This document shows positions 1 to 9,220 of a DNA stretch of 14,242 bases, in pieces. The translations under genes and the position numbers were made by a program. How positions within the stretch are numbered: position 1 is the stretch's first letter; each line of letters opens with the position of its first letter. The notes below the pieces were generated by a model that searched no databases, was not told the origin of the DNA, and was given only the letters and a program-made list of their open reading frames with translations. Origin of the DNA: Candidatus Binatia bacterium (lineage in GTDB: Bacteria; Desulfobacterota; Binatia; Bin18); assembly GCA_963664395.2 (NCBI GenBank), contig CAXXIS010000013.1, positions 1 to 14,242 of the forward strand, given 5' to 3'.

Positions 1-316
1 TATGTCGGAAAGACGCGAGCGGCGGCCTACGAAAAGGTGGAGAAATGTATCGTGCCGTTTTTCTCGGAGTTTGCCTCGCACTTCTTCCCGGTTTTACTCA
101 GCGAAGGCAGCGGGTCCATGCTGGAGCGGGTGCTCAACACGGGGCTGATCGTGGCCGGCACGGTCCGATGAGGTCAAACGCCAGGTGGCCGAGGTGTATG
201 AGGAGATTCCGTTCGAGTATTTTTCCCTGGTCGCCTACAACGGTCTCGAACCACAAGACCAACTCCTCGAAGACATCGAGCTGTTTGCCACCAAGGTCGC
301 GCCGGAGTTTGGGTAA
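1..316 (+). CDS. 3' end of an LLM-class (luciferase-like) flavin-dependent oxidoreductase; partial, one frameshift near 165
   Basis: Manual translation: frame 1 gives YVGKTRAAAYEKVEKCIVPFF...GLIVAGTV, then after a +1 shift DEVKRQVAEVYEEIPFEYFSL...QLLEDIELFATKVAPEFG* (TAA 314-316). The 'GT(P/V)DEV...IELFA.KV.PEF' ending is typical of LLM proteins. Confidence 0.75.
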
Positions 317-437
317 GACCCTTTCAGGGCTCTTTACTTCCACTTCAGTGAATGCGGATTTTGACACCACTATCCGAAAGGTAGGAGAGACCTTTAAATT
401 AGGAGTTGAAAATCTTAAAAATAGGGAGGGTCACACT

Positions 438-747
438 ATGGTGTATGAGATGCGTGTATATACGCTACAACCGGGTAAGGTGCCGGAGTTTCAGGCGCTC
501 ATAGAAGAAGGACTGCCCGTCATCAGCAAATACTCCAAACTGGTCGGCTGGTGGTCAACCGAGGTCGGTCCGTTAAACGAGGTCGTCCACATTTGGGCCT
601 ATGAGGATATGAATCACCGGGCGCAAGCCCGTGCAGCCCAGGCGGAAGACCCTCAGATGCAGGTGTTTCGTCCTAAGGCCCAAGGCATGATTGTCAGCCA
701 GTACAACAAAATCTTGACCCCCGGCCAGCTTCTCGCCCCTGCAGTAG
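438..747 (+). CDS. NIPSNAP family protein; one frameshift in the C-run at 718-722
   Basis: GGGAGG RBS, ATG 438, MVYEMRVYTLQPGKVPEF...VGWWSTEVGPLNEVVHIWAYEDMNHRAQAR. Removing one C gives the canonical ending ILTPASFSPLQ* (TAG 745-747). Confidence 0.9.
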
Positions 748-752
748 CACTG

Positions 753-783
753 AGGGCGACCGGGGCGTTGCCCTGGCCGCCCT
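753..783. repeat. GC-rich imperfect palindrome between convergent genes (REP-like or bidirectional terminator hairpin)
   Basis: AGGGCGACCGGGGC-GTT-GCCCTGGCCGCCCT directly after the NIPSNAP stop. A second hairpin CACCTGT-CCGC-ACAGGTG lies at 817-834. Confidence 0.5.
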
Positions 784-845
784 GCATGCCTCGCTGGAGA
801 ATGTATCGCAGACGGTCACCTGTCCGCACAGGTGGGGAAAAGCGT

Positions 846-1645
846 TCAATCAGCCAGACCCGCAATAAACCTGAGTGTTGCCTGGGCGCACTCTTCCGGC
901 AGAGCCGCCGCCAGATGATAGGCCGCACTGGGTAAAACCAAAAGCTGAGAGTTCGGAATACGCGTCTGCCAGTCACGCACGGTTTCGACCGAAGCCAGCG
1001 CACTCCGGTCGCTGGTGATCACCAGGGTTGGAGCCTGAATCTGGGGAGCAATGCGGTGATGTCCATATTCCTGACATAGCGAAAGATGCCGGCCATCACC
1101 TGGGGTGACGCCTTGCCCATGGCGCTAATCCACCATTCCTTCATCGCTGGGCTCACCGGGCCTAAACGACGATCCATTGTGCTACGCGCCCAGGCTTCGA
1201 CCCCGTCCTGTTGGACCTGGGTGAGCCAGGCGTCCGGGTTGAGGGAGCTTTTGGAGAGCGTCGCCGGCCCACCAATGACGGTCAGGCTTGTGACACAGCC
1301 GGGATAGTCATGCGCAAATTGCATGCGACGCTGCCGCCCACACGCTGCCCTACCACGTGAACGGTCGCAATCTCCAGTTGATCGAGCAGAGTCCGGAGGT
1401 CTTGGGCAAAGCCAGGCAGAGACCAGCTATAGTCTGCGGCGGAACGGAAGAATGCCCAAAGCCTCTCAGGTCTGGCCGCAGTACCCGGAACTGGCGTGCC
1501 AGACGCGGCACCCAGGCGAACCAGGCTAGGCTCGTATCGGCAACGCCGTGCACGAGCAGAATGGTTTCCGAGGCGGTCCAGGGGTCGTAAAATCGTCGAG
1601 TTCGTAGGACAAATCGAGGGACTCATCGATGCGTAGCGTGGGCAT
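846..1645 (-). CDS. Alpha/beta fold hydrolase (AB hydrolase_1 type); about 4 frameshifts; atypical nucleophile elbow
   Basis: Stitched from ORF pieces: MPTLRIDESLDLSYELDDF..PWTASETILLVHGVADTSLAWFAWVPRLARQFRVLRPDLRGFGHS..SLPGFAQDLRTLLDQLEIATVHVVGQRVGGSVA-MQFAHDYP..IQAPTLVITSD..AYHLAAALPEECAQATLRFIAGLAD*. GAGGA RBS before ATG 1645; stop at 846-848. Confidence 0.85.
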
Positions 1646-1684
1646 GCTTTCCTCACCAGAGAAGGCTCATCAGGTCGATTGCCG

Positions 1685-2309
1685 CTACAAATTCTTGACC
1701 GACTCTTCAATCATGTCATCCAGCTCCGCGGCTTTTCTTTTTTCCATCGCTGTCCGTTGGGCCAGGATGACGCCCCACGAGTCGCCTTGGTAGCTGTGAA
1801 ATTTATCCGCATTCCACAACTCGGCGCGTTTGAACGACTTGGGGCAGTGGAAGTAGCATCTTCGACGCTGACTTCGATGGCAAGCTGGGCCGGACGGCCC
1901 CGAGCGCTGAGTTTTTCCAGGAGCTGGGGTTCGTCGGCAATCCGGGCGCGGCCGTTGATGCGCATGGTCCATTCCTCGCCAGGAATGAGAAAGAGTAAAC
2001 CGACGTGCGGGTTCTCCAGAATATTGCTGATACTCTGAAACATTTTGTTACCAGCCCGGTCCGGGAGGTAGAGAGTGTGTTTGTCTGCGACTGCGATAAA
2101 CCCCGGCGGGTCGCCCTGGGTGAGGCGTCGCACCGCCCTTGAGTGTCTGCGGTTGAGACAATCACAAACGGACACTGCTCAAGAAACCGCGCGGCAGCCT
2201 CATCGATATAGGGCAGCTTATGCTTGACGGCGAGTTGATCCGGATCGCCAAAACGCTCGGCTAACTCATGCGTACTCTGCGGGACACTCTGGGCCGTTGC
2301 TGTGCTCAT
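1685..2309 (-). CDS. Pyridoxamine 5'-phosphate oxidase-like FMN-binding protein (MSMEG_1061-like PPOX family); 2 frameshifts
   Basis: AGGAGG RBS, ATG 2309. Motifs CPFVIVSTAD..GRCDASP(R)GDPPGF, LPDRAGNK..SISNILENPHVGLLFLIPG..MRINGRA and CYFHCPKSFKRAELW occur across three ORF pieces. Confidence 0.88.
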
Positions 2310-2342
2310 ACTCCCCTCCTTGTGTGCAGCTAACTCCTGAGG

Positions 2343-2371
2343 AGAATAGGTCAATTTGCAAGCAGATGCAA
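2343..2371 (-). promoter_or_regulatory. Sigma70-like promoter for the PPOX/hydrolase pair, overlapped by a palindrome
   Basis: On the minus strand: TTGCAT (2371-2366), 17 nt, TATTCT (2348-2343). Perfect inverted repeat TTTGCA-N6-TGCAAA at 2355-2372. Confidence 0.55.
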
Positions 2372-2440
2372 AGGATTGTACAGAGGAGAGAAGGCCAGAG
2401 ATTAAGAGATAGCGAGAGTCGAAGCGGAGCCGGGGGAAGC

Positions 2441-3541
2441 ATGACGAGTAAGGCAGACTATCAGGAGGCTATTCAGCCGCTGGAAGAAAAAATTCTGCTC
2501 TTTTTGCGAACGTTTGAAGACATTCAGGAGAATATGCACTTCGGAAGATCCCGGAGGCGCAAGGGACGGCTGCGAGACACTATTGGTGATTTTTTTTGAA
2601 ACGGCCCTGTCCACATGTGCCGCACTCGAACCGCCCGAAGAACTCACTGAGTTTCAGGCTGCATTCTCTGCCGCGCTGACGCATCTCAACAATTCCAGCA
2701 CAGCTTTTCTTGGAGGGCTGCCCGGACCGAATTTCGGTGGAGCGTTTGTCAACAGCCGTTTCTCGCTGTGTCGCGGACTGGATTTGCTGTACAACCAACG
2801 CGCGCATCTCTCGACGCTCTCCCCAATACTGGCTGCTGCCGGAGGCCGCGTCCCAGCGCGACGCCTTGGAGACGCGGGCTGACGCTGTGGCGGTACCGGT
2901 CGGCATGATCCATCAGACGCAGACTCAGGCACACGCCGAGTACTCATTATATGTCCCGGAATACTATAGCCCTGACAAAGACTGGCCGCTCATCGTCTGT
3001 CTCCACGGTGGGTATGGCCGGGGTGATGACTACATCTGGACGTGGCTGCGTCCCGCCAAGAGCAAGGGCTATCTGCTGCTGTCGCCAAAGTCCTTGGGTC
3101 CGACGTGGTCCGTCCTGCAACCGCCGCTTGACAGCCGGTCAATCCGGGCCATGTTTGACAGCGTGTGTGAGACCTATCGCGTTGATCGTGCGCGGGTGTA
3201 TCTGTCCGGTCTGTCTGATGGTGGGACCTATACGTATCTGCTGGGACTGGACCAGGCCGAACTCTTTGCCGGGATAGCGCCCATCGCGGGCGAACTGAGC
3301 CCCGCCACGGATGGGATGCTGCGCCAAAAGCAAGGCCTCAATGTGCCGATCCATGTGATTCACGGCGTGCATGACTTCATTTTTCCGGTCGAAGCCGTTC
3401 GCTCATCGAATGAACTGCTCGAACACATCGGCTATAAGGTGAAGTACACCGAGCTGCCCGACTGGAGCCACGCTTTGACCTACACCATCAATGAAAACCC
3501 TGGTGCTGCCGTGGTTTGAAGGTTTGGAACCGAAAGAATAA
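2441..3541 (+). CDS. Phospholipase/carboxylesterase-type alpha/beta hydrolase with a long N-terminal extension; several frameshifts
   Basis: ATG 2441 (MTSKADYQEAIQPLEEK). The catalytic domain has YSLYVPEYY..PLIVCLHGGYG, the GLSDGG nucleophile elbow, HGVHD and WSH. The corrected end reads ETLVLPWFEGLEPKE* (TAA 3539-3541). Shifts occur at the T-run 2590-2597, the C-run near 2821 and the A-run near 3495. Confidence 0.82.
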
Positions 3542-3560
3542 AGCTAAAAGGGAGGAAACA

Positions 3561-4044
3561 ATGTCTCAGGATATGGAAGCCCGTTTGCAGGCCCTGGAAG
3601 CAAAGATTCAGGATTTGAGTGACCGCGAAGCTATTCGCTCGCTACGGTTTCGTTATCACGAGTGCATCAACGAGGGGAATTGGAAGCTATTCCCGATCTG
3701 TTCACTGAGGATGCTGTCCTCGATTTTGACTATCTGGGCAAAGCTACCGGTCGGGCCGAGCTGACGAAGTTTTTTCAGGAGTCGAAAGCCTGCTGTCTTT
3801 TGTGAAACAGTTTATGCATAACCATGCGGTTGATGTGCAGGGGGATACGGGCAAGGGCTATGCCTACCTCGAAGCAAAGACCATCTCAAAAGGGGAGGCG
3901 TATTTCGTGGCCGCTCGCTATGACGACGAGTATGTCAGACAGAACGGCGAGTGGAAGTTTAAGAAGATGTCGCTCACCCCGTATTTTACCGTTCCTTTCA
4001 AAGAGGGCTGGGCGCAAGAGAACCGGCTCAAAATGGGGAGATAG
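3561..4044 (+). CDS. SnoaL-like / NTF2-family protein; 2 frameshifts
   Basis: GGGAGG RBS, ATG 3561. Reads MSQDMEARLQALEAKIQDLSDREAIRSLRFRYHECIN..DLFTEDAVLDF..HNHAVDVQGDTGKGYAYL..ARYDDEYVRQNGEWKFKKM, a typical SnoaL_4 pattern. Confidence 0.85.
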
Positions 4045-4076
4045 CAACCCCTGTTACATCCCTCAGGAGGTACACC

Positions 4077-4250
4077 ATGGCCTACCAACAGCTCAGTCCG
4101 GACCAAGTGGAAACGGCTGCTATTGGACCCAAAGGTCCGGAAGGCGTTGTCGTTGATCGTGAAACCCACCGCGGATTTTCGGGAATCGCTGGGGATCAAC
4201 ACGTTTCCATCTGCGGTGAATACACTCGGATAAGGCGGTGCAGCGGGTGA
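4077..4250 (+). pseudogene. Truncated 5' remnant of an SMP-30/gluconolactonase-family gene (57-codon ORF)
   Basis: AGGAGG RBS, ATG 4077. MAYQQLSPDQVETAAIGPKGPEGVVVDRE aligns by eye with MATFSVDQVDIFGKGVLQAEGVVVDKE of the 9221 gene. Similarity stops abruptly near 4163. Confidence 0.65.
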
Positions 4251-4429
4251 GGCCCCCGGAAGAAAGTGAAACGGGCACGGGCGCGTTGACGCTGGCTTTC
4301 CCTTCGCCACCGCTTCGGTCGGTCATTATCAAGCGCCCCTCAACTCGGTGATACAAAACGTAACTCGTTCAGAACTTGAGAAACAGATATGGGAAAATCG
4401 TACGTTACATTTGATAAAGAGCAACTCTT

Positions 4430-5152
4430 TTACGAATACTTCAAAGGCTTCTCCATCGGCTCTTTCAGGACGATTGCTTCCTCCACGCGCTTGCGCCAAT
4501 CGACCAGCGCCGCGCGTTGGGAGACTTGCTCGGCGAAGTCCGGCGTCACCCCGCCCGTACAGCCGGTAGCGAATTGGCCGTAGATCGCGAAATCCGCCAC
4601 GCTGGGTCGTTCCGAGTAGAAGAAGGGCTGCTTCCCGAGTAGTCGCACCAGATCATCGAGCCGATTCCCCAACGCCGCGATCAACAGGTCGTAGGGCAGG
4701 CGGCCCATTCCCTGGGCCTTGGCCAGGTTCCGACCAAACGACGCAGGAGTGGCTTCGCGAACAGACGGACCGGGGCCGGCACGAACTGGGAATTCTGCGC
4801 AATCGTGCGGTGCTCGTTCTTCGGATGCCAGCGCAGCGCCATCATATACCAATAGAGCGACTCGTCGCTCCAGTCTTCGAGCATCCGCTGCTGCGCTATG
4901 TGCATCTTCGGACAAGAGGGCTGCAGTGGGGTGCACTTGGTCGAAGCGCCGCAGGATCACAGTCGAGTCGTAGACCGCCTCTCCATCGAAAAGGACTATC
5001 GGTACCTTCCTGGTAGCCGGATTGTACTTCTTCAGCTCCCGTATACTCACCTGCTCCGTGTGTGTGTATGAGAGCCGCTTGTAGTCGGCGGCTGCAAGAA
5101 TCTTGACGACGAACGGTGACACCGTGGGGCCAATAATCTCGATCGTGGCGAT
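4430..5152 (-). CDS. Glutathione S-transferase family protein; 2 frameshifts; ATC at the expected start position
   Basis: SPFVVKI, KVPIVLFDGEAVYDSTVILRRFD (GST N-domain), LEDWSDESLYW and PFFYSERPSVADFAIYGQF (GST C-domain). GAGGAGG lies 5 nt before ATC at 5152-5150. Confidence 0.82.
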   Translation of the reverse strand: MATIEIIGPTVSPFVVKILAAADYKRLSYTHTEQVSIRELKKYNPATRKVPIVLFDGEAVYDSTVILRRFDQVHPTAALLSEDAHSAAADARRLERRVALLVYDGAALASEERAPHDCAEFPVRAGPGPSVREATPASFGRNLAKAQGMGRLPYDLLIAALGNRLDDLVRLLGKQPFFYSERPSVADFAIYGQFATGCTGGVTPDFAEQVSQRAALVDWRKRVEEAIVLKEPMEKPLKYS

Positions 5153-5236
5153 GGGAGCCTCCTCGGCGCGGGCTGGGCCGATCGCCCGCGTGACAATGTG
5201 ATCAGAATGCGGTGAGTCTCTTTCAGCAGTATTATC

Positions 5237-5520
5237 CACTTCGATCTTGGTGTGGGCAAAGGCTATCGCACTAAAGAATTTACTGCCTTCGGCTTTCCCC
5301 GTGAGCAGCGCGATGCGCGTCTGGAAGAAGACCTCGCTGTTCTGCAGGGACTCTGGACAAACGAGGCATTTTCTTTTGAGGGCAACTATTATCATCTCAA
5401 AAAGGCCCGTCTCACGCCACGCCCCGTCCAGCAGCCGCACCCGCCGATTTGGATCGGTGCCCGTGTCAAGAAAGCGGTCGAGCGCGCCGCACGTCTGGGC
5501 TATCATTATGATGGGCACGG
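5237..5520 (+). pseudogene. Internal fragment of an LLM-class flavin-dependent oxidoreductase
   Basis: HFDLGVGKGYRTKEFTAFG..RLEEDLAVLQGLWTNEAFSFEGNYY..PRPVQQPHPPIWIGA..AVERAARLG is the LLM core. An in-frame TGA lies just upstream (5213-5215), and both the N- and C-terminal parts are missing. Confidence 0.8.
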
Positions 5521-5575
5521 GAGAGGTTTCCCACAGACAAGAGCATTCAAGAGCATTGTTTTTTCTGCCTGAAGG

Positions 5576-5604
5576 TTGACAGCAGATTACTCCGAGAGTA
5601 TGCC
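5576..5604 (+). promoter_or_regulatory. Possible sigma70 promoter of the amidohydrolase gene
   Basis: Perfect TTGACA (5576-5581), 17 nt, TATGCC (5599-5604), about 40 nt before ATG 5644. The -10 box is weak. Confidence 0.4.
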
Positions 5605-5643
5605 GACGATAGAATGCCCATAAAACTATAAAAGGGGGGGAGT

Positions 5644-7387
5644 ATGCCACAGTTTGATACAGTTATCAAAAGCGGTATGATCGTTGACGGAACGAAGGTA
5701 CCACGCTACCAAGCCGACCTTGGTATTAAGGACGGTAAAGTTGCTGAGATCGGGAAAATCAGCAGCAGCGATGCCAAAAAAGAGATTGATGCCAGCGGGC
5801 ATATCGTCGCGCCTGGGTTCATTGGATCTGCACACCCACTACGATGCCCAGTTGCACTGGGACCCGTACTGCACGATCGGCAGTTGGCACGGTGTGACCA
5901 CCGTCACCATTGGAAACTGCGGGTTTGGTTTTGCTCCGCTGCGACCGCAAGACGCCGACCGGGCCATGCTGGCCTTGTCCCGTACCGAAGCGATTCCCCT
6001 GGAGCCCATGCGGGTGTCGATGAAGGTTGACTGGGAAACCTTCCCCCAATACATGGATCGTCTGTCCCGTATGCCCTTGGGCGTCAACGTTTCTCATCTC
6101 TTCCCGCTTGCCCCTGCAGTGGCGTATGTGATGGGTGGCTTTGATGATGCCAAGAAGCGCTTCCCAAATAAAGAAGAGATGGACACCATTACCGGCCTGT
6201 ACAAGGAAGCCGTGAAGGCTGGCGCCGCGGGTTGGTCCGCCCAGCGTCTAGTGCCCGAGAGCCGGGTGTCTGTGCAGCGCGACTATGATGGCACGCCGAT
6301 GATCACCGACATCCTGCCGGATGAGTTCTATATGGATATGGCCAAAGCCATGAACGAAGTGGGTGAGGGTTGTATTCAGTTTACCCAGTCCGGTGCAAGT
6401 GAAAGTTCTTTTGGTGTTGAGGATGATTTCAAATTCCTGGAAAAGATGACCAAGACAGCCGGCCGTCCGCTGCTGTACAACGCGCTCTTAATCAGTGACA
6501 AGCATCCTGAATCCCACCGGGCCCAGCTGAATTGGGTCAATGCGGCGAACGAACGCGGCGCTCGCGTGTTCGGACAGGGCGTCACCGCTCGGGCCCCAGT
6601 GCGGATGACCCTGGAAGACTGGAACCTGTTTGATGGTATGCCGGCCTGGAAGGAAGCCACGCTCGGAACGGTCGAAGAGCGCAAAGCCAAACTGTCGAAG
6701 CCTGAGCTGCGCAAGGAAATGCGCGAAGACTACGACATTGGCGGCATGGACACTATGAATGTCATCTTTGGTGAGTTCCACAAGTTCATCGCGCGCAAGG
6801 TTCGCAATACCGACCTCAAACTCCAATACGAAGGTATGTCGGTGGAGCAAATTGCCGAAAAGGAAGGCAAGCATGTCATCGACGCTATGCTCGACCTGTC
6901 CGTGGCCGATGATCTGCGCACCGAGTGGGCCGGTCCGGTGGCCAATTCCAACATCGAGGGCTACAAGGAGCTGATGAGCTCGCCGTACACGCTGCCCGGC
7001 GTGTCGGATGGCGGCGCGCACGTGAAGTTCATTACGCCTGCCATCTACCCGACCGAAGTCCTGTCCTGGCTGGTGCGGGAGCAGGGCATCCTGAGCCTGG
7101 AAGAAGCCCACTTCCGCCTGAGTGGGATTATGGCCTGGGCGGCGGGTATCACGGATCGAGGGACGCTACGTGTAGGCCAAGCGGCCGACATCGTGGTCTA
7201 CAACGCCGATACCGTTAAGGCTCTGCCGGGCGAGATTGCGCACGATCTGCCGGCTAACGAATGGCGGCGGGTCCAAAAAGCCGAAGGCTATAAGAACATC
7301 CTGGTCAACGGTGAAGAGACTTTCCGGAATGGTGAATGCACTGGGAATATCTCGGGCGCGCTACTCCGCAACGGTGCGGCCCGCTAG
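5644..7387 (+). CDS. Amidohydrolase, N-acyl-D-amino-acid deacylase (D-aminoacylase)-like; one frameshift near 5823
   Basis: MPQFDTVIKSGMIVDGT..ADLGIKDGKVAEIG..IVAPGFI-DLHTHYD (HxH metal motif), GVTTVTIGNCG, SDGGAH, DRGTLRVGQAADIVVY and DLPANEWRRVQKAEGY. Confidence 0.9.
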
Positions 7388-7430
7388 GCAACCCGCTTAG
7401 CGCGTTCCACCACGAATCGTAACCAACCAG

Positions 7431-7472
7431 ACGGGGAACCGGAGAATCGCTCTCCGGTTCCCCGTTTTTTTT
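7431..7472 (+). terminator. Rho-independent terminator
   Basis: Perfect 15-bp stem ACGGGGAACCGGAGA / TCTCCGGTTCCCCGT with a 5-nt loop, followed by a T-run, about 45 nt after the amidohydrolase stop. Confidence 0.92.
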
Positions 7473-7524
7473 CCTCTCAGGCGGCTCGGTTGTATGGACT
7501 TGAGGGCTAAAAGGATGGACGGAT

Positions 7525-8688
7525 ATGACTGGTTGTATCGACGGCATCAAAGTCCTTGATCTCGGACGCTATCAGGCCGGTCCACGCTGTGCGATGGTTC
7601 TCAGCGATCTTGGTGCGGAGGTTATTAAAGTCGAAGCGCCGGGTGGGGATGAGTCGCGCGGCTTAGGCAGCGTATACTGGTCGGCGTACAACCGAGGGAA
7701 GAAGAGTATTACGCTGAATCTGCGGAGCGGGCAGGGCATTTCTCTCCTCAAATCACTCGTGCCCAAAGTCGATATGCTGCTCCAGAACTTTCGGCCTGGT
7801 GTCATGGATAAGATGGGCCTGGGGTATGAGACACTCAAACAGCTCAACCCTGGGCTTATTCTCATTAACGTGTCTGGTTTTGGGCAAGTGGGGCCGTACC
7901 GGGACCGGCCAGCCTATGATCCGATTGGCCAAGCCATGTCCGGTCTCATGGGCCACACCGGATTTCCGGATGGTCCGCCGATCATGACCAATTCGCCTAT
8001 CATTGATCGGATCACGGCGCTGCATGCCACTATTGGGGCGTTGGGTGCCCTCCACCGTCGAGATATCACCGGAGAGGGACAGTCCCTTGACGTGTGTCTG
8101 CTCGACACCGGCTATACGCTGATGGAAATTCCGATTGCCCAATACCTTCTTACTGGCAAGGAACCGCAGCGACGGGGCAATACCCCAGGAGGTATTGCCC
8201 CGTGTAACACCTACCAGGCGAAAGACGGCTGGGTGTATATTCTGGCCGTGCCGCAACATATGTGGGGGCGGTTCTGTAAAGGTATAAGTCGGGAAGATTT
8301 AATACATGACGAACGTTTTTCGAGCATTCCAGGCCGGGGGTCTCATGCGGACGAGGTCAACGCCTTGGTGACTGATTGGATTAAAGATAAGACGGTGGCT
8401 GAGGTGGTGCAGATACTGGAACAGGCTGAGGTACCGGTTGGGCCGGTGCACTCCGTGCCGCAAGCGGCCCGAGATCCACACTTATGGGAACGCGAGATGC
8501 TGGTCGAAATTGAGGATAAAGAAAAAGGGCACACGTATGTTCCTGGTCTCACCGTCAAGTTCTCCGATACACCAGGAAAAATTGGTCCGATTCCACAACC
8601 GGGCGAACATAACCATGAGGTCTATCGAGACTGGCTGGGGCATAGTGAAGCAGATATAGAAGGGTGGAAGGAAGCCGGGGTGATTTAG
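7525..8688 (+). CDS. CaiB/BaiF family (class III) CoA-transferase
   Basis: GIKVLDLGRYQAGP..LSDLGAEVIKVE, NRGKKSITLNLR, QNFRPGVMDKMGLGYE, SGFGQVGPY..RPAYD, PIID (probable catalytic Asp) and PGEHN. Intact 387-aa ORF. Confidence 0.95.
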   Translation: MTGCIDGIKVLDLGRYQAGPRCAMVLSDLGAEVIKVEAPGGDESRGLGSVYWSAYNRGKKSITLNLRSGQGISLLKSLVPKVDMLLQNFRPGVMDKMGLGYETLKQLNPGLILINVSGFGQVGPYRDRPAYDPIGQAMSGLMGHTGFPDGPPIMTNSPIIDRITALHATIGALGALHRRDITGEGQSLDVCLLDTGYTLMEIPIAQYLLTGKEPQRRGNTPGGIAPCNTYQAKDGWVYILAVPQHMWGRFCKGISREDLIHDERFSSIPGRGSHADEVNALVTDWIKDKTVAEVVQILEQAEVPVGPVHSVPQAARDPHLWEREMLVEIEDKEKGHTYVPGLTVKFSDTPGKIGPIPQPGEHNHEVYRDWLGHSEADIEGWKEAGVI

Positions 8689-8717
8689 ATACATTGCAAA
8701 CTACCACAGGAGGGACT

Positions 8718-9188
8718 ATGGCATACGGAAAAGAAGGTATGCAGACCAGCGTTGCACGGTTTGAAGACCTCAAACCGATTGACTACGCGAGCTTTATCAA
8801 GAACTACAAACCTGACGGCACCCAGGGCTATGCGTTGATTGGTCGGGCGGGAAAGACCAGTCCGGCGATCAAGGGTGACCACGGCTTTACCATGGCCATC
8901 AATAAGGTCAGTCCGGGAAAAGGAGCCCCGTTGCATAGCCATCCGAAACCCGAGGTGTTTGTGGTGCTGTCCGGCACCTGCGCTTTTTTCTGGGGAGACA
9001 AGGGCGAAAATGAGGTCGTCCTCGGACCGTGGGATACGATCTCCTTTCCGGCCGGAACATCCGAAGGGTTTCGGAATATAGGCGACCAGGAAGCGAATCT
9101 TCTGGTTGTCTTGAGCGGCTCGGAAGTTGGCAAGGTGACGTTTACGAAACAGAGCGAGACGGCTGAGGCGGCCAGCGTCGAGGCCTAG
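8718..9188 (+). CDS. Cupin domain protein
   Basis: AGGAGG RBS, ATG 8718. Cupin motif 1 PGKGAPLHSHPKPEVFVVLSG and motif 2 GPWDTISFPAGTSEGFRNIG. Confidence 0.88.
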   Translation: MAYGKEGMQTSVARFEDLKPIDYASFIKNYKPDGTQGYALIGRAGKTSPAIKGDHGFTMAINKVSPGKGAPLHSHPKPEVFVVLSGTCAFFWGDKGENEVVLGPWDTISFPAGTSEGFRNIGDQEANLLVVLSGSEVGKVTFTKQSETAEAASVEA

Positions 9189-9220
9189 CGTCTCGACACG
9201 AGAAAAAAGGAGGACTTCCC

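Noticed and set aside
361-390. TTGACA upstream of NIPSNAP as a promoter
   Set aside because: No acceptable -10 box at 16-18 nt spacing.
45-935. 296-aa ORF as a single protein
   Set aside because: Only 438-720 is protein-like (NIPSNAP). The flanks are off-frame read-through over the LLM gene and the opposite-strand hydrolase.
4047-4056. ACCCCTGTTA also present at 13037-13046
   Set aside because: A single 10-bp match in 14 kb is compatible with chance, and the contexts differ.
5634-5640. G7 tract at the amidohydrolase RBS as a phase-variation site
   Set aside because: The tract is short, doubles as the Shine-Dalgarno sequence, and homopolymer lengths are unreliable here.
4430-5650. 406-aa minus-strand ORF as one gene
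   Set aside because: The N-terminal 166 aa are largely antisense to the LLM fragment. GST similarity and the RBS start at 5152.
160-5830. Programmed ribosomal frameshifting in the split genes
   Set aside because: There are too many shifts in unrelated metabolic families with no consistent slippery-site or structure pattern. Indel error or decay is simpler.
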